DNA of 64,000 nt from a bacterium (lineage in GTDB: Bacteria > UBA8248 > JACPRG01 > G963555815): the NCBI GenBank assembly GCA_963555815.3, contig CAUVWX020000001.1, forward strand, positions 1,216,001 through 1,280,000, in the 5' to 3' direction. The translations under genes and the position numbers were made by a program. The notes under the pieces are model-generated. The model made no database searches, was not told where the DNA came from, and saw nothing but the letters and a program-made list of their open reading frames with translations. Shown here piece after piece: positions 1 through 9,874 of the stretch (position 1 is its first letter; each line of letters starts with the position of its first letter).

Positions 1-31
1 GCCACAAGAAGCCGAAGGTCCTGAGGGACAT
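1..31 (-). CDS. 5' end of a hypothetical gene running off the left edge (MSLRTFGFLW...)
   Basis: ATG at 31-29 preceded by AAAAGAGG, downstream of proB; only 10 codons visible. Confidence 0.3.
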   Translation of the reverse strand, partial: MSLRTFGFLW

Positions 32-91
32 CCTCTTTTGTCTTCAGCGTAGATCCCCTGTCTTTTTTCCGAAGGGCCTCCACGGGCGGCC

Positions 92-1243
92 TCACAGCAA
101 AACGAGGTTATCCCGGTGGATCACCTCATCATATCCCTTGGAGCCCAGGAGCCCTTCGATGGCCCGGGTGTGCCGTCCCTTGATGCGCTTTAGATCTTCT
201 GAGCTGTAATTGACGAGGCCCCGGGCGAACTCACGGCCGTTTTCCTCCACACAGCTCGCCGAGTCCCCAAACGCAAAAGACCCCTTCACGTCCAGGACCC
301 CCGAGGGGAGCAGACTTTTTCGGCCCTCCGCCAGGGCCCGCCTGGCCCCCGCGTCCACGACGATCCGCCCCTTCGACTTTCGGCCGAAGGCGATCCAGGG
401 TTTTCGTCCCCTGAGGCGTTTGCCTTGGGGCCGAAAGAGGGTCCCCACTTCCTCACCTCTGAGAACGGCGGAGATCACCCCGCGGCGCCGACCATAGGCC
501 ACCACAGAGGGGATCCCTCCCGCTCCAACGGCCCTGGCCGCCTGAAGCTTCGTCACCATCCCGCCAGTCCCAAGGGGCCCGAGCCCAGGTCCAGCTGCCG
601 CCTGGGCGGTCTCCTGCGAAGGCTCCACCTCGGATAGAAGACAGGCCTTCCCGTCGAGGTGGGGATCGGCCGTATAAAAACCCTCCACATCGGTGAGGAT
701 GAGCAAGAGGTCCGCCTCCACCATATGGGCCACCAAGGCCGAGAGGGTGTCGTTGTCTCCAAACCAGATCTCTTCAACAGCGACAGTGTCATTTTCGTTG
801 ACGATGGGGAGGACCCCTTTGGAGAGTAGGGTCAAAAGGGTATTTCTCGCGTTGAGGAACCGCTTTCGGTCCTGGACATCGTCGTGAGTCAGGAGGATCT
901 GGGCGACGGGCAGACCGGTGCGCCGAAAGTGGCGCTCGTAGGCCTGAATGAGCCTGCTCTGCCCGACTGCCGCCGCCGCCTGCTTGAGGGGGATACTTTT
1001 CGGGGCCCTGTCCAGGTCAAGGGCTTCCAAGCCGGCGCTGATGGCCCCTGAGGAGACCAGGATCGTCTCTTTTCCCGAGCGGCAGACGGATCCGATCTGA
1101 CCCGCAAGGCCTCTCACGGCTGATGGGTCAAGCCCGGCAGTCCCCGAAGAGGCGATCACGCTGCTCCCCACCTTGATGACGACCCGACGGACGCCGGCAA
1201 GGAGCTGCTTTCGGGATGTCTTCCCTCGTCTGGGGTGACTCAT
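92..1243 (-). CDS. proB: glutamate 5-kinase with C-terminal PUA domain
   Basis: [41 protein letters not shown] motifs; follows obgE. Confidence 0.97.
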   Translation of the reverse strand: MSHPRRGKTSRKQLLAGVRRVVIKVGSSVIASSGTAGLDPSAVRGLAGQIGSVCRSGKETILVSSGAISAGLEALDLDRAPKSIPLKQAAAAVGQSRLIQAYERHFRRTGLPVAQILLTHDDVQDRKRFLNARNTLLTLLSKGVLPIVNENDTVAVEEIWFGDNDTLSALVAHMVEADLLLILTDVEGFYTADPHLDGKACLLSEVEPSQETAQAAAGPGLGPLGTGGMVTKLQAARAVGAGGIPSVVAYGRRRGVISAVLRGEEVGTLFRPQGKRLRGRKPWIAFGRKSKGRIVVDAGARRALAEGRKSLLPSGVLDVKGSFAFGDSASCVEENGREFARGLVNYSSEDLKRIKGRHTRAIEGLLGSKGYDEVIHRDNLVLL

Positions 1244-2247
1244 TCCTTCACTCTGACGGGTTCCTGGGCGAGCTGCTCCTTGAGCGCCTCAAGGAGGGCC
1301 CCCACCCCCTCTCCTGTGGCCGCTGAGATGGGGTGGACCTTGAGGGACGGGACAGCTGCGCAAAAGGCGGAAAGGGCCTCCTGGGCCCCCGGCCGGTCCA
1401 TCTTGTTGAGGGCGACGAGCTGGGGCTTCCTCGCCATCTCTTCATCAAACCGGGCGACCTCCAGATTCACAGCCTGATAGGCGTCGATAGGGTTTCCCTC
1501 GGCCGGGAAGAGGTCTACCACGTGAATCAGGACTCGGGTGCGTTGGAGATGGCGAAGAAATTCAATCCCGAGGCCACGACCCTCGTGGGCCCTCTCAATG
1601 AGGCCGGGGATATCGGCCACCACGCAGAATTCGTCGTCATCCAGGGAGACGGTCCCAAGGTGTGGGGCAACCGTCGAGAAGGGATAATCAGCGATTTTGG
1701 ATCGCTGGCGAGATATGCAAGCGAGGAGGGTGGATTTGCCGGCGTTAGGCGCCCCGACGAGCCCCGCGTCCGCAAGGAGGCGGAGTTCCAAGCGGAGCCA
1801 GCGGCCCTCTCCGGGCTCTCCATCCTCGGCGTTGCGAGGGGCCTGGCGGGCGGCGGTCTTGAACCGGGTGTTACCCCGGCCCCCCCGGCCTCCCCTCGCT
1901 GCCAGGAATTCCTGCCCTTCCTGAACGAGGTCCGCCAAGATCTCTTCTGTGGTATCCTCTCTGACAATGGTCCCCAAGGGGATCTCGATGGTCACGTCAG
2001 AACCCGCGCGCCCGTGCTGCCTTTTGCCCCGGCCGTGTCTGCCCCGCTCAGCCCGAAACTGACGGCGATAACGAAAGGCCAGGAGGGTCCGCATTGAAGA
2101 GCGGGCCCTTAGACGGATTGCCCCTCCCCGGCCGCCGTTGCCGCCGTCTGGGCCTCCGAGAGGGACGTATTTTTCCCGCCGAAAGCTGACGCACCCTTTT
2201 CCGCCGGCGCCCCCTTCGAGCCAGATCCGCGCCGAGTCGATGAACAT
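1240..2247 (-). CDS. obgE: GTPase ObgE/CgtA
   Basis: MFIDSARI start at 2247; GGPDGGNGGRGG; G1 GAPNAGKST; DYPFST; DIPG; NKMD. Confidence 0.97.
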   Translation of the reverse strand: MFIDSARIWLEGGAGGKGCVSFRREKYVPLGGPDGGNGGRGGAIRLRARSSMRTLLAFRYRRQFRAERGRHGRGKRQHGRAGSDVTIEIPLGTIVREDTTEEILADLVQEGQEFLAARGGRGGRGNTRFKTAARQAPRNAEDGEPGEGRWLRLELRLLADAGLVGAPNAGKSTLLACISRQRSKIADYPFSTVAPHLGTVSLDDDEFCVVADIPGLIERAHEGRGLGIEFLRHLQRTRVLIHVVDLFPAEGNPIDAYQAVNLEVARFDEEMARKPQLVALNKMDRPGAQEALSAFCAAVPSLKVHPISAATGEGVGALLEALKEQLAQEPVRVKE

Positions 2248-2260
2248 CGCTGAATGACCA

Positions 2261-2530
2261 TTAGGGGGAACCGGAGGGGGCCTCAACAACCTCAACGTAG
2301 CGTTTTCCGCCGCGCTTGGTCTGAAACCGGACAACCCCCGGTCGGACGGCGAAGAGGGTGTAATCCCCTCCCACGGCGACCCCGTTTCCTGCCTTGAAGG
2401 TGGTCCCACGCTGCCGGACCAGGATCGTGCCGGCGAGGACCTGCTGGCCGCCATAGCGCTTGACGCCCAGGCGCTTTCCACGACTGTCTCGACCGTTGCT
2501 GCTGCTGCCGCCGCCTTTTTTATGAGCCAT
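2261..2530 (-). CDS. rpmA: 50S ribosomal protein L27
   Basis: [16 protein letters not shown]...KRLGVK. Confidence 0.98.
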   Translation of the reverse strand: MAHKKGGGSSSNGRDSRGKRLGVKRYGGQQVLAGTILVRQRGTTFKAGNGVAVGGDYTLFAVRPGVVRFQTKRGGKRYVEVVEAPSGSP

Positions 2531-2858
2531 GTTCTGTCGCTCCCGTGGGCCCCGAGATCTGGGTGATCCGGACGGCCGTAAAATCCTGGCGATGGCCCTG
2601 CTTGCGCTTGTAATTCTTCCTTCGCTTCTTCTTGAAGACGATGATTTTTTTGCCCCGACCTTGCTGAAGGATGATCCCCGTGACCTTGGCTTCCTTCAGC
2701 TTATCCGAAGAGACCTCAACCGCTTCGCCCTCGCCCAGGAGCAGGACCTGAGAGAAGGTGATCTCTTGCCCCACCTCCCCGTCGAGCCGCTGGATGCGGA
2801 TGATGTCCCCTTCAGCCACCCGATATTGGTGTGCCCCTTTGGCGATAACGGCGTACAT
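2520..2858 (-). CDS. rplU: 50S ribosomal protein L21
   Basis: MYAVI...QYRVAEGD...[17 protein letters not shown]; rplU-rpmA-obg synteny. Confidence 0.97.
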   Translation of the reverse strand: MYAVIAKGAHQYRVAEGDIIRIQRLDGEVGQEITFSQVLLLGEGEAVEVSSDKLKEAKVTGIILQQGRGKKIIVFKKKRRKNYKRKQGHRQDFTAVRITQISGPTGATEHGS

Positions 2859-2956
2859 TCCCCCCCCCCAGCCAGGCACCCCAATAAAAACCGCCGGAAT
2901 CTTCCGGCGCGAAGGGTACCTGAAAAGGACCAGCCTCTGACACCTTGAAAGATAAT

Positions 2957-2985
2957 AACTTAATACCCTGTCATCTCCTCGTCAA
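2957..2985 (-). promoter_or_regulatory. putative sigma70 promoter for rplU-rpmA-obgE-proB
   Basis: TTGACG-N17-TAAGTT in an AT-rich patch upstream of rplU. Confidence 0.45.
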
Positions 2986-3022
2986 GGCCCAAAAACCCTT
3001 GCCAAGCCAGAACCCTGGCCTA

Positions 3023-3820
3023 TCAATCCTTCATCGCCTGCTTGAGGGATTGAACAAAATCGCCGGCCGCCTGGAGTTTCCCCTCGGCGCCCTTGGCAGC
3101 GTCCATGATGTCGATGAGGGCGCTCCCAACGATGACCCCATCGGCGTGTCGGCTGACGTTGCGGGCCTGCTCGGGGGTCTTGATGCCAAAGCCGGCGGCG
3201 ACGGGCACTGAGGTCCGGGCCCGGATGGCCGCGAGGCCAGCCTGAAGGTCCTCGTCGACTCGGTCTCGAGCGCCCGTCACGCCCAGGTGAGCGACATAGT
3301 AGATGAACCCCTTGGCCTTCTGGCAGATGAGGTCTCGCCTGTGGTCCGTGCTGGTTGGGGCCAGCATCCAAACGAGGTCAAGATTCGTATCCCGGGTGAG
3401 GTCAAGGAGTTCTCCCGCCTCCTCCGCAGGAAGGTCCGGCACGATGACGCCGTCCACGCCGACCCCCAGGGCCTCCTCGACAAATTTCCTCTCTCCGAAG
3501 GCGAAGATGGGGTTGAAGTAGGTCATCAGGACGAGGGGGATTTTCACCTGCCCCCGCAGCGCCTCGACCATCTCTAGAACCGCCCGAAGGGTCGTCCCGG
3601 CCTCAAGGGAGCGGGCCGAGGCGCGCTGGATGGTCGGGCCGTCGGCAAGGGGGTCAGAGAAGGGGACACCGAGTTCAATCAGGTCTGCCCCCATCGCTTG
3701 CAGGCTAAGGACCAGCTTGCGCGTGTGGCCAAGGGAGGGGTCTCCCGCCGTCACGAAGGGGATGAGGGCCCGCTCGCCAGACGAGCGAAGGGCGAGAAAG
3801 CGTTGGGTGATACGGCTCAT
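3023..3820 (-). CDS. trpA: tryptophan synthase alpha chain
   Basis: [34 protein letters not shown]. Confidence 0.98.
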   Translation of the reverse strand: MSRITQRFLALRSSGERALIPFVTAGDPSLGHTRKLVLSLQAMGADLIELGVPFSDPLADGPTIQRASARSLEAGTTLRAVLEMVEALRGQVKIPLVLMTYFNPIFAFGERKFVEEALGVGVDGVIVPDLPAEEAGELLDLTRDTNLDLVWMLAPTSTDHRRDLICQKAKGFIYYVAHLGVTGARDRVDEDLQAGLAAIRARTSVPVAAGFGIKTPEQARNVSRHADGVIVGSALIDIMDAAKGAEGKLQAAGDFVQSLKQAMKD

Positions 3821-5058
3821 GCCCCGCCCGTCTTTGAGGGAGGCGACTCCTGTCCAGCTGAGTCCTCCCTGAGGCGGCTCACCAGGGCGACGTCCTTATC
3901 GCCCCTCCCGGAGAGGCAGAGAAGGACGATGTCCTCAGGTCCCAACTCCCCAACGAGCTTGGGCAGGTAGGCGATGGCGTGGGCGGGCTCAAGGGCTGGG
4001 ATGATTCCCTCGGTCTTCGCCAGGAGCTCAAAGCCCGCGAGGGCCTCTTCGTCCGTGACGCTCTTATATTCGGCGCGCCTAGAATCCTTATAGAAACTGT
4101 GCTCGGGCCCCACCCCCGGATAATCCAGGCCCGCCGAGATGGAGTGGGCAGGCGAAACCTGGCCGTCGGAGTCATAAAGGAGGTAGCTCTTGCTCCCGTG
4201 GAGGACCCCCGGGGAGCCGGCCCCAAGGGAAGCCCCGTGCTGCCCCGTCTCCAGGCCCAAGCCCCCTGCCTCGACCCCGACCATCCGCACACCTTTGTCT
4301 TCGAAGAAGGGGTGAAAGAGGCCGATGGCGTTGCTCCCCCCTCCGACACAGGCGAGGAGGACATCGGGGAGGCGACCGATCAGGGCAAGGCACTGCTCCC
4401 TTGCCTCCCGACCGATGACGGACTGAAAATCTCGCACCATCATGGGGAAGGGATGAGGGCCGACAACAGACCCGAGGATGTAATGGGTGGTCCGCACTGT
4501 TGCGGTCCAATCTCGAAGACATTCACTGGTGGCGTCCTTCAAAGTCCCGGTCCCGGTCGCGACGGGGGAGACCTCAGTCCCCAGCAGGCGCATGCGAAAA
4601 ACATTGAGGCGCTGGCGCTCCATGTCCTCCACGCCCATGTAGACCCTGCATTTGAGACCCAGCAGTGCGGCCGCCGTCGCAGTGGCCACCCCGTGCTGGC
4701 CCGCCCCCGTCTCTGCGATGATTCGCCCCTTTTCCAGCCTTCGGGCAAGGAGGCCCTGTCCGAGGGTGTTGTTGATCTTGTGGGCGCCTGTGTGGCAGAG
4801 ATCCTCACGCTTGAGGAAGACCCGGCACCGCCCCAGCCGGGCCGACAGGTTCTTTGCCTCATACAGGGGGGTGGGTCGGCCGGCATAACGGCTCAGGAGG
4901 GCCGCCAGCTCTTGCTGAAATCCCTCCTCTTGCTGGACCCTCTTGTAGGCCTCCTCCAGCTCTTCCAAGGCCGGCATCAGGGTCTCTGGGACAAAGCGTC
5001 CGCCGAAGCCTCCGAACTGGCCCCGGACATCAGGGCGAGGGGGGACATTCGGGCTCAT
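3817..5058 (-). CDS. trpB: tryptophan synthase beta chain
   Basis: HTGAHKINN (PLP lysine), [23 protein letters not shown]; start taken at MSPNVPP (5058). Confidence 0.98.
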   Translation of the reverse strand: MSPNVPPRPDVRGQFGGFGGRFVPETLMPALEELEEAYKRVQQEEGFQQELAALLSRYAGRPTPLYEAKNLSARLGRCRVFLKREDLCHTGAHKINNTLGQGLLARRLEKGRIIAETGAGQHGVATATAAALLGLKCRVYMGVEDMERQRLNVFRMRLLGTEVSPVATGTGTLKDATSECLRDWTATVRTTHYILGSVVGPHPFPMMVRDFQSVIGREAREQCLALIGRLPDVLLACVGGGSNAIGLFHPFFEDKGVRMVGVEAGGLGLETGQHGASLGAGSPGVLHGSKSYLLYDSDGQVSPAHSISAGLDYPGVGPEHSFYKDSRRAEYKSVTDEEALAGFELLAKTEGIIPALEPAHAIAYLPKLVGELGPEDIVLLCLSGRGDKDVALVSRLREDSAGQESPPSKTGGA

Positions 5059-5068
5059 TTTTCCCCCC

Positions 5069-5719
5069 TTAGCAGGAGACCCCTGCGGCCCTTGCCTGCT
5101 GGATGAAGAAGCGGACTTTCTCAGGGTCTTTCTTACAGAGTTCGGCCTCGACGCCGCTGGAGACGTCCACCCCATAGGGGGAGAGCCGGCGAACGGCCTC
5201 AGCCACGTTGTCCGGATTCAGGCCGCCTGAGAGGATGAAGGGGCCGAAGGCCTTTGCCTTGAGGGCCAGCTCCCAGTCGAAGCTCCGGCCGGTCCCCCCG
5301 AGGGCGTCGGCGTGGTAGGCGTCCAGGAGAGGGGTGACGGGGGTGTTATCAAGATAGGCGGGGATCTGGTCCAGGGTCTCCCGGTCTCTGATCCGAAAGG
5401 CCTTGATGACCCGAATGGGATGAGTGGGAGAGCCGGTGAGCTGGCGACAGTAGTCTGACGATTCGTCCCCGTGAAGTTGAACCGTGGTCAGCCGGCAATA
5501 TCGGATGGCGGTCCTGACTTCGTCGAGTTGGCTGTCAGCAAAGACCCCGACGGCCACGAGGAAGGGGGGGAGGTGATGGGTGATTTCCCGGGCTGTTTCC
5601 CACTGAATGCAGCGGGGATAGCCCTCCACGAAATTCAGGCCAATAGCGTCTGCACCGGCTTCTGCAGCCATCTTGGCGTCTTCGAGATTTGTCACCCCGC
5701 AGATTTTCACCTTGATCAC
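5069..5719 (-). CDS. trpF: phosphoribosylanthranilate isomerase
   Basis: [39 protein letters not shown]. Confidence 0.97.
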   Translation of the reverse strand: MIKVKICGVTNLEDAKMAAEAGADAIGLNFVEGYPRCIQWETAREITHHLPPFLVAVGVFADSQLDEVRTAIRYCRLTTVQLHGDESSDYCRQLTGSPTHPIRVIKAFRIRDRETLDQIPAYLDNTPVTPLLDAYHADALGGTGRSFDWELALKAKAFGPFILSGGLNPDNVAEAVRRLSPYGVDVSSGVEAELCKKDPEKVRFFIQQARAAGVSC

Positions 5720-5790
5720 GATTTAGGCCTTCCAGGCAACGGACGCCGCGTATTGGTAGCATCTATATAGCATTCTGAAACCTCGATGGA

Positions 5791-5814
5791 AAGGCGTTGC
5801 GGCCGCAACGCCTT
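5791..5814. terminator. perfect 24-bp palindrome, probable terminator downstream of trxA
   Basis: AAGGCGTTGCGGCCGCAACGCCTT is its own reverse complement; only a short T run on the minus strand. Confidence 0.45.
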
Positions 5815-5949
5815 GATCCTGCTGTGGAAAGGACGTTTTGAGCCTTTTCCCTTCGAGGGGAGCACAACCTAGATCAGCAAGTGGCCTTCGGCAGAAAGAA
5901 AAAACAGGGAGGGGGGAGAGCAGGCCCTGCGATGAAGAGTTTTAGGGCT

Positions 5950-6276
5950 TCAGAGGTGCTGATCGATCACCTTTTGGATGTCCCGCTTCGAACGAACCCC
6001 TACCACCTGCTCGACCACTTCGCCTCCTTTAAATAAAAGGAGCGTCGGGATTCCCCGAATGCCGAAGCGGGAGGCGACGTGAGGGCTGTCGTCCACATTC
6101 AATTTGCCCACCCGAAGCCGACCGGCATTGTCGTCGGCCAACTGGGCCACCGTCGGTGACACCATCTTGCACGGGGCACACCACTCGGCCCAGAAATCCA
6201 CCATGGTGAGGGTCCCGTTGGCGATGACCTCCTTGTCGAAGTTGAAGTCTGTAAACTCGAGAACGTTCTCCGACAT
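5950..6276 (-). CDS. trxA: thioredoxin (cytoplasmic)
   Basis: DFWAEWCAPCK, GIRGIPTLLLFKGG; no signal peptide. Confidence 0.96.
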   Translation of the reverse strand: MSENVLEFTDFNFDKEVIANGTLTMVDFWAEWCAPCKMVSPTVAQLADDNAGRLRVGKLNVDDSPHVASRFGIRGIPTLLLFKGGEVVEQVVGVRSKRDIQKVIDQHL

Positions 6277-6437
6277 GCAGCACACTCCTCCAGAAAAGAT
6301 TGGCTCAACTGAAGGCTAGCACATCCTAGCTGAATCGCCCAAAAGTTCGGTTAAAGAAGAGTTCACTTAACAAGCTATGTCTCCCTCTTTCCCTTGGCAA
6401 GTCCCCAGAGAGGGCGGCAGAGGGCGTTCTTTTCGGC

Positions 6438-6863
6438 TCAGGAGCCATAGCGGATCCTGGAGAGGATCTTCTTCAGCTCCTCCACGTCATTCGTTTCTAC
6501 ATGGACCTGGTCTTCCAGGAGGACCCGAAGATCGGTGTCCTCTTCAGCCTCCTTCAAGACCTCCTCATATTTATGAAGGGCTCGCTCCTCCAGGGTCAGG
6601 TCCTGTTCCAACATGGTTTGGGCGTCTGTCGCCACTTGGGTGGTCCCGGGTTCTGACGTGGGAATTTCGCCCATGGCCGCGATCTTGTCACCAAGGAGCT
6701 TAGCGTGGGCATGGGACTCTTTACTATTCTGCAGAAAAAAGTCCTCCAGATAGAGCCGCTCCATTCCCTGGACGATAAAACTTTGCTCAAGGTACTGGAT
6801 AGTGGCCGCAAGTTCGAGACTCAGAAGCTCGTTGAGCCCCTGGATTACCTTCGCCTTGTTCAT
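6438..6863 (-). CDS. bacterioferritin/ferritin-like four-helix protein
   Basis: LNELLSLELAATIQY...HAKLL...LEQDLTLEERA pattern of the Bfr family, 141 aa. Confidence 0.8.
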   Translation of the reverse strand: MNKAKVIQGLNELLSLELAATIQYLEQSFIVQGMERLYLEDFFLQNSKESHAHAKLLGDKIAAMGEIPTSEPGTTQVATDAQTMLEQDLTLEERALHKYEEVLKEAEEDTDLRVLLEDQVHVETNDVEELKKILSRIRYGS

Positions 6864-7001
6864 CTGTTCTCTCTCCGAAAGGTGGGCTGCTAGTGGAGGG
6901 GAAGGTCTCTCATTGCTTGGGGAGATGAAAAACTTCCATGACAGCTGTCCGAGGCCTCTTCAGACCCAGCCGGTGCGGGTTGGAGGCGGCCCCCCTCATC
7001 C

Positions 7002-7469
7002 TCATGCGTCAAAATCTTTTAGCTCTTCGTCGAGGATGTCGGTATATCGCTGATCGGTCGGACTTTGGGGGGATGAGGGCCCCTCGTCCCCCTCCTCCTC
7101 TCCGCGAGACCAGCGCCGGATGAGGACATACAAAACGCCTCCCCCCGACAAAATGCCCGCCAGCGGGAGATACCAGGCCGTCAGGTAGAAACCCCGCTGG
7201 GGAGGGGACGGGAGGACCTCCTCTCCATAGAGATCGACGAAGTGATCGATGATCTCCTGCTTCGACTTCCCTTGGGCGATGAGCTGGCGGATGAGCTCCC
7301 TCAGTTGTTCAGACTCTGCGCTCGGGCAGTTGGAGATGAGGCGCCCGTCGCAGACGGGGCTCATGATGGAGTTGGCGATGTCCATCGGGTCGGGCGGGTG
7401 AGGAGGCTGGGCGCCGGCGGGCGTTCCCAAGAAAGCTGCCAACAGGATTCCAAGGCCGATTGCTCTCAT
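7002..7469 (-). CDS. ccmH: cytochrome c biogenesis protein CcmH/CcmL (variant cysteine motif)
   Basis: start MRAIGLG (7469) with signal peptide; MSPVCDGRLISNCPS; GKSKQEIIDHFVDLYGEEVL; C-terminal TM. Confidence 0.85.
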   Translation of the reverse strand: MRAIGLGILLAAFLGTPAGAQPPHPPDPMDIANSIMSPVCDGRLISNCPSAESEQLRELIRQLIAQGKSKQEIIDHFVDLYGEEVLPSPPQRGFYLTAWYLPLAGILSGGGVLYVLIRRWSRGEEEGDEGPSSPQSPTDQRYTDILDEELKDFDA

Positions 7470-7606
7470 CCCTTCTCCTCTTTCTCCAACTGACGCTTGA
7501 GGGCCCTCAGGTCTCTTCGTATCTCCTTTCCCTGTTTGGCCAGATGAAGGAGGTAGAGAAAGAAAACGATCCACACAATGGCAAATGCCGAAAACAGGTA
7601 GCTCAT
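7466..7606 (-). CDS. ccmD: heme exporter protein CcmD (46 aa, absent from the ORF track)
   Basis: hand translation MSYLFSAFAIVWIVFFLYLLHLAKQGKEIRRDLRALKRQLEKEEKG; TM plus charged helix; directly after ccmC; ATGA overlap with ccmH. Confidence 0.85.
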   Translation of the reverse strand: MSYLFSAFAIVWIVFFLYLLHLAKQGKEIRRDLRALKRQLEKEEKG

Positions 7607-7612
7607 GGTCAG

Positions 7613-8377
7613 CTATTGTCCTTCCGCCGCGCGGTGCTGAAGCTGGGCCAACTCCTCCCGCATCCACTCTAGAGAGATCCGCTGGCGCAGGACGGCAGCG
7701 AAGAGGACGGCAAAGGCCACGGAGGAAACCACCAAGGCGATGAGAAAGGCGGGATCTGTTAGACCCGACCCAAATCCCCTCTCCGTGAGCACAACCGGCT
7801 GGGGATGAAGGGTCCGCCAGAGTTGAACCGAGAAGTGATTCAGGGGGATGGTGAGGGCCCCGAAGATGCCGAGGACGGCGGCATAGCGGGCCTTTCGTCC
7901 TGGCTCCAGGTCTTGGGCTCGGATCATCAGATAGCCGACGTAGATGAACCATAGGAGCAGGGTCAGGGTGAGCCGCATATCCCAGACCCACCAAACTCCC
8001 CAAATGGGGCGACCCCAGATGGGACCCGTCAGGAGGATCAGGGTACAGAAGATGACGCCCACCTCGGCGAGGCTATGGGCGTAGATGTCCAGGCGACGAT
8101 CCTTCTTCCAGAGATAGAGCGCGCTCATCACGCCCACGAGACCGAAGGCGAGAAAGGCGATCCAGGCCACCGGGACATGAACGTATATGATGCGGTAGGC
8201 TTCACCTTGGATCCTCTCCGTTGGGGCGTAGAGAAGCCCAAGGTAGAGAGCGCCGACCATCAGGACAAGGGCCCCACCAATGGTGAGGAAGTCGTAGGTC
8301 TTGGACCCCACTTCCAGCCATTGCTCTTTTAACGGAGTGGAAGGCGGGGCGGGTTTCTGAGTGTGGGCATACGACAT
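7613..8377 (-). CDS. ccmC: heme exporter protein CcmC
   Basis: IIYVHVP; WWD domain WGRPIWGVWWVWDMRL; WRTLHP. Confidence 0.96.
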   Translation of the reverse strand: MSYAHTQKPAPPSTPLKEQWLEVGSKTYDFLTIGGALVLMVGALYLGLLYAPTERIQGEAYRIIYVHVPVAWIAFLAFGLVGVMSALYLWKKDRRLDIYAHSLAEVGVIFCTLILLTGPIWGRPIWGVWWVWDMRLTLTLLLWFIYVGYLMIRAQDLEPGRKARYAAVLGIFGALTIPLNHFSVQLWRTLHPQPVVLTERGFGSGLTDPAFLIALVVSSVAFAVLFAAVLRQRISLEWMREELAQLQHRAAEGQ

Positions 8378-8389
8378 CTGGAGGGGCTC

Positions 8390-9124
8390 CTACTCCTCTA
8401 GGACATATTCCGCGACTAAAAGAGATGCTACCAAAAACACGACGTCATAGACAACCAGGAACCGCAGGGCGTCCCCCCCCCAACCCTCACCGGCCAGGAC
8501 GTGGGCTGTCCCCCTGACGGCCGCGATGAGGACGGGAACCACTACGGGGAAGAGCAGGAGCGGGAGCATCACCTCCCGAGCCTTGGTGTTGACGGCGATA
8601 GACGCAAAGAGCGATCCCACCGACCCAAGCCCTACGGTTGCCAAGAGCACGATGGGGGCCAGGGTCCATACGACAAGGTGCAGGGGAAGATTGTAGAGGA
8701 TCCCAAAAAGGGGCAGGCTCACGGCCTCCACGACCAGAAGGAAGATGAGGTTTCCAACCATCTTTCCAAGAAAGAGGGCACTGCGATCAATAGGAGAGAG
8801 TAGAAGGCCTTGCATACAATCCCCCTCCTTCTCAAGAGCGAAGGTGTGGTTCATCCCCAGGACCGCCGCGAAGAGGAAGGCGGTCCAGAGGATCCCGGAG
8901 GCCACGGGCACTTCTCTGCCTGCACCCGGCCCGAAGGCGAAGTTGAAGAGGACCAGGACGAGGAGGGTGAAGACCGCCATCGTGATGACCACCCCCTTAG
9001 ATCGGTACTCAACCACCACGTCCTTCCACACAATGGCCCCCACCTGGGCAAAATAGCGCCAGCGCCTCCTCGGCCAGGTCGGCCCCCCGCGCAGCAACTT
9101 CTGCTCTTTTAGCTCTACCATCAC
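8390..9124 (-). CDS. ccmB: heme exporter permease CcmB
   Basis: multi-TM; FALEKEGDCMQGLLLSP; LLLFPVVVPVLI; between ccmA and ccmC. Confidence 0.93.
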   Translation of the reverse strand: MMVELKEQKLLRGGPTWPRRRWRYFAQVGAIVWKDVVVEYRSKGVVITMAVFTLLVLVLFNFAFGPGAGREVPVASGILWTAFLFAAVLGMNHTFALEKEGDCMQGLLLSPIDRSALFLGKMVGNLIFLLVVEAVSLPLFGILYNLPLHLVVWTLAPIVLLATVGLGSVGSLFASIAVNTKAREVMLPLLLFPVVVPVLIAAVRGTAHVLAGEGWGGDALRFLVVYDVVFLVASLLVAEYVLEE

Positions 9125-9819
9125 GCCCTCTCGCTATGGGCTTCGTAGAGGGACGCAAAGTTTTCTTCAGACCCCAGTTCAGCTCTTGAGGCCCGATAGG
9201 CCAGCCGCCCCCGGATGAGGATGCCCGCCTCGTCGCAAAGGGCGAGACCCCGATGGACGTCGTGCGTGGTGAGGATGAGGGTCCGATCCCCGTCGCGAAG
9301 CCCCTCCAGGATAGCCATCAGGTCCCGTGCCCCCTGGCTGTCCAGACCGGAGAAGGGCTCGTCCAGGAGCAAGAGCTCCGGCTCGTGCAGGAGGACCCGA
9401 GCCACAGCGGCCCGCTGGAGCATCCCATAGGAGAACCTCTGGATGGGTTCATCCGCCCGGTCGTCCAGGCCCACCGCGGCCAGCACCTCCCGAGCCCGCT
9501 TTCGGGCAGAGGTCAAGCCGTAGAGCCTGGCGTAGAATTTTAGATTTTCATACGCGGTCAGATGTCTGTAAAGGAGGGGTTGGTGGGAGAGAAATCCAAT
9601 CCGCTGTCTTAGGTCCCCGGCCTCCTCCCGCTTGCCCCCGAAGATGATCTCCCCTGAGGTCGGTTTGACGAGGAAGGCCAGGAGCTTGAGGAGGGTTGTC
9701 TTGCCCGCGCCGTTTGGCCCAAAGATGGCAAGGCAACTGCCCCTTGCCACCGAAAGGTGGAGGTCAGAGATGGCGATATGAGGACCGAAACGTTTGGTCA
9801 GGGCGCGGGTGGCCAGCAT
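9121..9819 (-). CDS. ccmA: heme exporter ATP-binding protein CcmA
   Basis: GPNGAGKTT, FSYGM, LLLLDEPFSGLD; operon position. Confidence 0.92.
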   Translation of the reverse strand: MLATRALTKRFGPHIAISDLHLSVARGSCLAIFGPNGAGKTTLLKLLAFLVKPTSGEIIFGGKREEAGDLRQRIGFLSHQPLLYRHLTAYENLKFYARLYGLTSARKRAREVLAAVGLDDRADEPIQRFSYGMLQRAAVARVLLHEPELLLLDEPFSGLDSQGARDLMAILEGLRDGDRTLILTTHDVHRGLALCDEAGILIRGRLAYRASRAELGSEENFASLYEAHSERA

Positions 9820-9874
9820 CGCCCCCTCCGGCGGGGGCGGACACCCTGGCTGGGCTCATGGCCCTCCCCCCGTT

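Noticed and set aside
1240..2481. Extended N-termini given by the ORF track (obgE 413 aa, trpB 452 aa, ccmH 333 aa, xseB 170 aa, 61543 ORF)
   Set aside because: Extensions overlap upstream genes; downstream starts match family N-termini
3979..5106. Long antisense ORFs (this one, 15024-16076, 32199-33230, 35202-36632 and others)
   Set aside because: Shadows of well-supported genes on the opposite strand in GC-rich DNA; no recognisable motifs
5720..5949. trp attenuator or T-box leader upstream of trpF
   Set aside because: No Trp-rich leader peptide and no T-box consensus found
5950..6276. trxA as the missing ccmG
   Set aside because: No signal or TM anchor; WCAPC sequence typical of cytoplasmic TrxA
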